This document shows, piece after piece, positions 57,204 to 64,000 of a stretch of DNA of 64,000 nucleotides (position 1 is its first letter; each line of letters starts with the position of its first letter). Both the position numbers and the translations under genes were made by a program. This stretch comes from Balanoglossus misakiensis. Its lineage: Eukaryota > Animalia > Hemichordata. The notes beneath the pieces are model-generated. The model was given only the letters and a program-made list of their open reading frames with translations, was not told where the DNA came from and did not search any database. The DNA is taken from positions 6,496,509 to 6,560,508 of the forward strand of contig CM082586.2 of NCBI GenBank assembly GCA_040954595.2, read 5' to 3'.

Positions 57204-60200
57204 ATGGGCGAAAGAAACCAAGAACGGATGGCCAGAATCCATGATCTGGACACATTTTTATCGCAGAACAACGAAAAGTTAGATTCCTTGCTCGGTGAGC
57301 TAGGCTGGAACAGGGACACTATACAGGTTTGTCTTGTCGATCGATTGAAACTGTTCCTCTTATTCTAGGACTTGTCCTCACAACTTGCACCTGAGCCAAG
57401 CCATTGATATTTCCACATCACCGTTGTATCAATCAATTTTGCTCCGTTTTAGGAGGCAGTTGCCATGGAAACATGCCCAATCAACGAGGGCCACCGCGTG
57501 CCAGCCGCATCACTGGATAAACACGTCAGCTGCTGCAAGTGGTTGAAGGAAGGATACTCCAAAAGGGATATGGTAAACACATGAATTTAAGATTCCCTAT
57601 GTCACTGCCATAACAAGTTTTTCTAACCAAGCTTTCTTTAGCTTGCATAGAACATAAGCTTAGCTATATTGTACACCATATATGCAGCGAGTTACTACAG
57701 TCATTGCTGTACTGTGTGTACAATGTACTAGGGACTCACATTTATTGATACATGTATATCTGTTCTTTGTCACCAACAGGAAAAACAGATATCAAGTTCA
57801 CATTTCTATTACAAGAATTCTCTCTCAGTGGTTCCAGTTCTGATAGGTAAACCAAGTAATTATCTGTCTTGTATGTGTATGTGTGTGTTTGTCTTCCACA
57901 GAACACTAACGTGTATGATTCATCCAACTCACTTCAGCTCTAGGCTACACCAGCCTACATAAACAATATTAGCAGTTCGCCAAAACAAGGCAAACCCAAA
58001 TTATCAGTCAAGATAAATTCAAATGACATACCTATTTCAATTTTTCAGATCAATCTACACAGGCCAAGGTCATCAATCCTGTTTCAGGTCAGTGTGTTCT
58101 ACAGTATCTGGCGAGAAAGTTGTCTTGTTTGAAAAATGCCAAGTGATTTTCATGAAAATACACATTATGAATAGGCACAAATGCTGTATTAGACTGAGAA
58201 ATTTTTCATATGAATGGGTTTTTTTTTGTCCCAGATTTCAGAATTGATGATATTAGTACAAACACATTTTTCACACATCTTCAAATTGATAAGCTGATAT
58301 TTGCAATGCATGGGGCATAAACAGGCTTTACAGCCAAGACAAAATTGCTGTACATGGGCAAATTGTCATATGAATTGTCAAATTTACAATCCACTATGAT
58401 CCCAAGTTGAGTTTTTGAGACTATCTGTCTGTATTGACCGATTGTTTATTCCACCTTATTTCACAGCAGTGGGAGATGTGTGTGTTCTGCTTTGAAGCGT
58501 CCCAAAGCTGTACTTCTCAGTTGTATCCTAAATCTAAAAATATCCTTGTACGTTACTGTCTTAAGACAGACATCTTGACAAGTTTTTCGCTTGATTTTGT
58601 TGAACATTTTGCGAGTTTATCTGATGGATGTTGGGCATTTTACAGAATTAATATATCATCACCTGATTAATTCCTTGTGCAAGCAAAGGGACAAAAATGT
58701 GTTGTGGCATGACCAATGTGTTGAGATGCCAACAATTGTTGTTGTTGGACGTGTTTAAATGTTATGTATAGGTGTATAGTAAATGGGCACCCCTTTTTCT
58801 TGCCACGCTTTGGTTCAAACTCCATGATTATGAATGAAGAGGGTCAGTCCATGTACAGAGGAATGGGGGGGGCTTACCTTAGTCACAGTACGGCATGATG
58901 ACAGTATTCACATCTCCCCGAACAAGGATATCATCGTAAGATCACTTGAAGAAAATGAAAACAAAGTTAGATTTCATATATAATTTTACTAGATTTGTTT
59001 CCGTCTCTCTCGATAGGACCGGGCAGTGAAAGCAAAGTGGTTCCCAAGACGATGGAAAGAGCCAGTTACGATCTGACCACCAGGGAGAGACTGGCCGTCT
59101 ACGATTATGTGGTTGACATCACCAAGAAAACCAACAAACAAGCCAGTATTTCGCACAACGAGTTGGCGTTTGATGCAGCTGCCCTTCTCAATAAAGGTAT
59201 CTGGTCGCCATTCATCACTGTTACTTTCAACGTGTTGCAAATCGGCCATTTTCATGACCCCTAAATGACCTTACATGCTTGTAGTTCTTTTCTGGTACGA
59301 AATTGAATACTTGATGTGGGTAAAAATTCATTTTTGCGTAAAATTAGTTCAGATGGCAATTTTAGTGCAATATCCAGAGAATTTATCTGTTACAAATAGC
59401 TGTCATACGAGGGCACTTTAGAGAATTCAACAACACAATTTGTATGTCGAACAGAGATGCCAGTAGACTGGCTGTGAAGATAATTTTGGTGTGAGTGTAA
59501 AAACTGCACACATTTGTCACTGATGACGGAAATGTTTCATGAATCACGACTGAATCTTGCAGACAAAGAGAAGAAGCCACTGACTCACAAAGAAATGCTG
59601 GCGGAATTGCGAGACTACAAGAGAAGACGACAGAGCTATCGGGGAAAGAACGTCCACATCACAAAGAAATCACAAACAGAGGTACCCACATTTCATGTGT
59701 GCGTGATAACCACTGCTGGAAACAAGGGATGGGGGCATTTTCGTCTTGCAACATGGAGTTGGACTATTGTTTACATTGCTAAGTCTGGGGACCATGAGAA
59801 ATATTTCTTTTGCTGCATGTATAGGAAAAACATCCCTGGATCATCAAGGTTTCATTGACCAGTGAGATATCATTATTGGTTCTGAGAGGGTACTCTGACT
59901 TAGCCACTAACCACTGAAGATAATTATAATATTATGCACAATACACTAAAGCACTTATTCACTCATTTGATGTTCTTTTCTTCCACAGGTGATGAGAGAA
60001 GTCATTGAGGCGCAGATGGAACTCATAGGAGATACACGCAACCCCGATGACAACAGCACAAAAACCGATGAGTCACAGAGGTCAGTGGTACATAAAGGAA
60101 CATTTGTGAAGATTTTTGGTTTTGAAAATGGAGTTTTTCATGTATTGGTTCTGTTCTGTGTTCAACTCCCCCAGAAGTTTGTCAGTGTAGTACATAGTAC

Positions 60201-60553
60201 TTACGAGTAGGATTGTGGCAAGGCCTGTACATGTCAATTGAACTCTTCCTTCATCTCTGTCACTCTGTTGCAGTGGCAATTCCAGGAGTCCTTCCAGGTC
60301 AAGTCGGGGTGAAAGGTCACAGTCACCTGACAGGTGGAGATCACATGACCGCAGACAAAGGTCACCAAGGAGGGAGCACAGCGAAGACATGTATCGCGGC
60401 AGAGAGAGAAACTCAAACAACAAATATGGCCGCAAAGAGAGAGATAGATACAGCGAGGATGACTACAGACAAAGAGACTATGATAGACACAAACGCAGCC
60501 ACCACCACGAGAGACCGAGACACCAACATAAGCACAGAAAGTACGATGATTGA
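57204..60553 (+). CDS. SNRNP48: U11/U12 small nuclear ribonucleoprotein 48 kDa protein, 8 coding exons, 339 aa
   Basis: Exons 57204-57326, 57453-57572, 57780-57846, 58049-58087, 59017-59196, 59563-59681, 59989-60080 and 60274-60553 (GT-AG, phase-consistent, 1020 nt). CHHC zinc finger CPINEGHRVPAASLDKHVSCC, hallmark LAELRDYKRRRQSYRGKNVHITKKSQTEVMREVI, and an RS/RD/H-rich C-terminus. Confidence 0.93.
58470..58477 (+). other. Putative 8-nt poison micro-exon (TGGGAGAT) of SNRNP48; 11 nt if the upstream AG of the NAGNAG is used
   Basis: Flanked by cacagCAG and GTGTGT. Inclusion shifts exon 5 into a frame ending at TGA 59074-59076. Confidence 0.6.
58523..58547 (+). promoter_or_regulatory. USSE (U11 snRNP-binding splicing enhancer): tandem U12-type 5' splice-site motifs in SNRNP48 intron 4
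   Basis: GTATCCTA (58523-58530) and ATATCCTT (58540-58547), ~55 nt downstream of a cryptic U2-type acceptor (ccttatttcacAGcAG ending 58466/58469). Confidence 0.8.
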
Positions 60554-60960
60554 GTTTGGAAAGCAACCATATTTCAGCCCTGCAACACCATCACTCTATG
60601 TAGAGATATGTGCATCTAGGAAATGGTGGCGACATATTAGGAGGGTCTGAATGACCCAGGCCCAAGTTTTGTCTAACTATTAGCCCCAGATAGTGCCAGT
60701 TCTCTATCAAGAATTGGTTTGAATATCAGTTCTAACAGACAACCATGTTTATGCAGTAAAAATGTGTTTGTATTTCATGATTTTATTTTCAATATGTTTT
60801 TCTTTACAGTACTTGTAAACATCAGTGAGATTGCCCAAAGAAATCTTGGATTGTTCTGGAAGACAAAAAACCTGATAAATAGGGATTCAGCAGCCATACT
60901 TGTCTGATTTATGTGTATTTCAGCTTGGTGCAACAGTAAATGACTGACCGATAGTTTTAA

Positions 60961-61336
60961 AGGCACAGTGATCTTTTCACATCACTTTTGGTCAAGTTGT
61001 GTTCTACAAACTAGAATTGCCGAAATATGTAATCATTACACCTCAACATGTAAATAACAGTCACACACCCAGTGTGTAAGAGTTAATGACAATTTTAGGT
61101 ATGTACAATAAAATCATGTCATGGAAGTATTCTTTCTGAAGTCGTTTATATCAACCAATAATTCAGCATGTTGTAGGAGAACACAAGATTGCAAATATTC
61201 TGATATATCCTTAAGAAGGAATACCTGGATTTGTAAATGTGATTTTTGCACCAGTTGTCAAAATTCTTTGTAGATATGTTTACGTTGGATGAATCCTAAA
61301 GAATAAACATGAATGCCAAACAATGACTGTGGCCCT
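60961..61336. mobile_element. Degenerate TTAA-flanked MITE (Kolobok/T2-like)
   Basis: TTAA|AGGCACAGTGAT ... ATGACTGTGGCCCT|TTAA; short, imperfect terminal inverted repeats. Confidence 0.5.
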
Positions 61337-62104
61337 TTAATAGAATGAAACCTGTCTAAACCAAAACCTGTCAAATCTAGTTAGCACTGTCACCCCTATT
61401 TCCTTGTACTGAGGTCCAACCTTGCCATTGAGAACAATGGAATTGGTCCAAACCATGGAGGTGAAAAGGGTACCCTGAATGTAAATATTGGTCAAGTACC
61501 TGAACAACCTTAGTTGGCAATCTTAAGAATTACAATATGTACATCTGTACTCAAGGTGTGCAAAATGCACATTAGAAAATTTTACTTCTTTGTGCCGAAA
61601 TCAGGCACGGATCTCGAGCTCCGGTAGCCACCAGTCATAGCTGATGGACCGCACCATTTTGAGGTTAATATGGAGATACTGTTTATACCCACGTTCATCC
61701 ATTGATTATTTAACTTACATTTAAATATAGAGGTAGATAATATGTTTGTGCATACCCATCAGTTAGCCTAGTTATATGGACCTGTCTAAGTTTGAAATAA
61801 AATCATAAGAATATGCAAGAAATCGCATCTATTGGGGTTCAGCCCAGTCTGTATAAGCACTGATGCAGTGCACCCTATAGACAGCGCCCCTAGCGGTGAA
61901 TTGTAGAAACAATCGTACATTCCCAAAAATAGCCTGTAATAATTGTGCGTCAGGATATAAATAACTTATCATGTAAATTAAAAAAAAAATAATAACTTAG
62001 CAATCGAACTTCAGCCAATCGATCATCCGCTCTTAGTATCCAGTAATCCCACGTGATAAAGGCACGTGCAAAATTCAAAATTTTGTTTCCGATAACCACA
62101 ATTT

Positions 62105-63316
62105 TCAGGGCACATCTGGTTTATTGTGGCTAGTGTCAACCGCCGTTTCACGGTGCTCCGCCGTGTTGCTGTCAGCCACCTGCACGGATGGTTTAATGCC
62201 CGACATGATACTTTCATATTCCGGCTGTGAGGGCGTCATGAAGTACTTTACGTAAATGAAGTTGACGGCAATGGACAGCAAGATTACAATTGCCCACTAT
62301 AAGGAGAATAAAAATGATTAAGAAACGCGGTGAGCCAATTGTACTTGCCTTTTAAGTAAGCTATGTAGTATAAAGAGCGAAACGTTTCAGCTCTTTGCTT
62401 TTAATGAAACTATACCATTTACCACATTACCACAACGTCACCAAGATTGTCAGGGGGTAAACATTTTGAGGGTGGAGGAGGGGAGGGACTTGAAAATTAC
62501 AATGAAGGGGGTCTGAAAATATCTTTACTGATACTATACGCATCAAAGTACCCCAAACACATTCCCTCCCCCCCCTCTCTCTCTCTCCCTCTCTCTCTCT
62601 CTCTCTAAGATTTAAAACAGATGTAAATATTGTTAATAAAAGACTGAACTTTTAATTCAGTCAAAACTTACTTGAACTAAACAACTCATCAGAGTGTTCT
62701 CAGTCACAAGATACCATCCACTGTCTCTCAAAATTTCATACACAGCAAACCAGCCGAGGAGCAGACACACTTCTACTGGTGCCAGGAATCTGTGAAAGAA
62801 AATAGAAGATATATGTATGTAGATGTACATCCTTGTGGATCCACATGATTAACGTGGCCAACAGCAGACTGGTGTGAAACAAAGTCAGATCAGGTAAGGT
62901 CAAGGCCAATCGGATTATAAAATCAGATGTAGAATGCTTCCAGGAACCGAATGGCGTTATTGGTGACATGACTTTTTGTTTCGTGTCCAGCAAGTGGTGG
63001 CTCCTGTCAAGACCTTGTTAAGCGTAAGTTTTTTGTTACAGATATTATTGGTCGTCGTTGCTGATGGCGCAAAAGTACACAATCGTGCTATAACTCCTTT
63101 GTACTCACTTGATAATCCATTCCCAAATGATTGGCAGATACCAGTCATTGATACTGTACTCGTTGATCAGGGCGGAGCGGAATTTACTTGAGCCATACTT
63201 CCATACGACGTAAATTAAAAACAACCCGGATACTAACAGGCCGTAGCTCCAAACAAAATCCTGTTAGATTAGGCAAGAGAGGGAGTGCATGTTAGTCTTC
63301 ATCGTCAATAACGTCG

Positions 63317-63406
<90 letters not shown>

Positions 63407-63775
63407 CAATCGTCGTCGTCGTCGCCATCATCACAACCACCGCCGCCGTTATCATGAGTTCTACCGCCAAAATCAACGTCATCATTGTCACTGTCACCGT
63501 CCTCGACGTATCTTATGACATCTATAAATCTAATCTTCCAAGACACTGCTTATAAAGTCCAAGTAGTGCAAGACGACACATTGAAAAGCGGACGGACATG
63601 GGCTAATTTTCCAACATCCACTAAACAAAGACGACATCACACCTGTCTCACTGACATGCGCAATCGCTCTTTCCACTTACCTGATTGACAAGATAATCAA
63701 TATTCAAGGCAGACCCGAGGCCAATCAAAAATGTCACTGTACAGATGACCGGAACAATAACTATCCGTTTTACAC
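62105..63775 (-). CDS. Sodium-dependent NSS/SLC6-family transporter (prokaryote-like subtype), C-terminal exons; the gene starts beyond the window end
   Basis: Not in the ORF track. Exons 63775-63681 (VKRIVIVPVICTVTFLIGLGSALNIDYLVNQ), 63260-63109 (DFVWSYGLLVSGLFLIYVVWKYGSSKFRSALINEYSINDWYLPIIWEWII), 62789-62672 (KFLAPVEVCLLLGWFAV...ENTLMSCLVQ) and 62296-62105 (WAIVILLSIAVNFIYVKY...DVP*). GT-AG, phase-consistent, several TM helices. The G.SA...NQDFVW and W.W.IK...P pattern matches late NSS helices. The family call is from motif memory. Confidence 0.8.
62576..62606 (+). repeat. (CT)n microsatellite
   Basis: Directly visible; intronic in the transporter gene. Confidence 0.85.
63318..63406 (+). 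repeat. (CAT)n trinucleotide microsatellite with degenerate CGT/CAC flanks (~63292-63510)
   Basis: About 29 pure units, inside transporter intron 63261-63680. Confidence 0.96.
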
Positions 63776-64000
63776 CTTTTGACAAAAAAAAAACCAAGAG
63801 GAAATAAATTTAATGATAGACCATTTTCTGAAGTCCACGAGACCTTGCGAAATCTCGCGTGGCTGGGCAGTTTATATCATGTGACACAGTACAAATTCCA
63901 CATGGCCAATCATGTTAAACGGCAGTTTCTCTCATGAAAGAAATACATAGAATAGAGTTCATATTCTTTACTCTTGGCAATGGGAGCTTTCTATAGCCAG

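Noticed and set aside
59197-59562. SNRNP48 intron 5 donor GTATCT as a U12-type intron
   Set aside because: It lacks the CCTT extension, and I saw no U12 branch site (CCTTAAC) near the acceptor.
61882-61897. CTCF-like motif CAGCGCCCCTAGCGGT between convergent genes
   Set aside because: One base short of the consensus spacing; cannot be supported without a PWM scan or ChIP data.
63264-63555. Poly-Asp, poly-Met and poly-Ile ORFs; likewise the RE/SL ORFs at 10356-10674 and the SINQ ORF at 31331-31546
   Set aside because: Translations of intronic or UTR microsatellites.

Overview
Intron-rich, AT-rich animal genomic DNA. An invertebrate, plausibly a marine deuterostome, is my inference from gene content only. 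I reconstructed five protein-coding genes by hand from GT-AG junctions and reading phase: (1) the 5' part of a TRPC-family channel (- strand, runs off the left edge); (2) a single-coding-exon class A GPCR (+); (3) a complete 9-exon glycine-receptor-alpha-like anion-selective Cys-loop channel (-, 10787-54417); (4) SNRNP48, the U11/U12 snRNP 48K protein (+, 8 coding exons); (5) the 3' end of a prokaryote-like NSS/SLC6 transporter (-, runs off the right edge). The last intron of the Cys-loop gene is almost filled by an ~18.6 kb satellite of 88-bp monomers. It has a symmetric A-C-B-C-A layering, a quasi-palindromic outer monomer and recurrent 21-monomer (1848 bp) duplications. Other notable signals: a tandem U12-type 5'ss (USSE) with an 8-nt poison exon in SNRNP48 intron 4, a Penelope-type hammerhead-like motif, a solo LTR with a palindromic two-strand splice donor, a foldback MITE, and a TRPC lacking the family His/Cys zinc motif. 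No database search was possible, so all family calls rest on recognised motifs.
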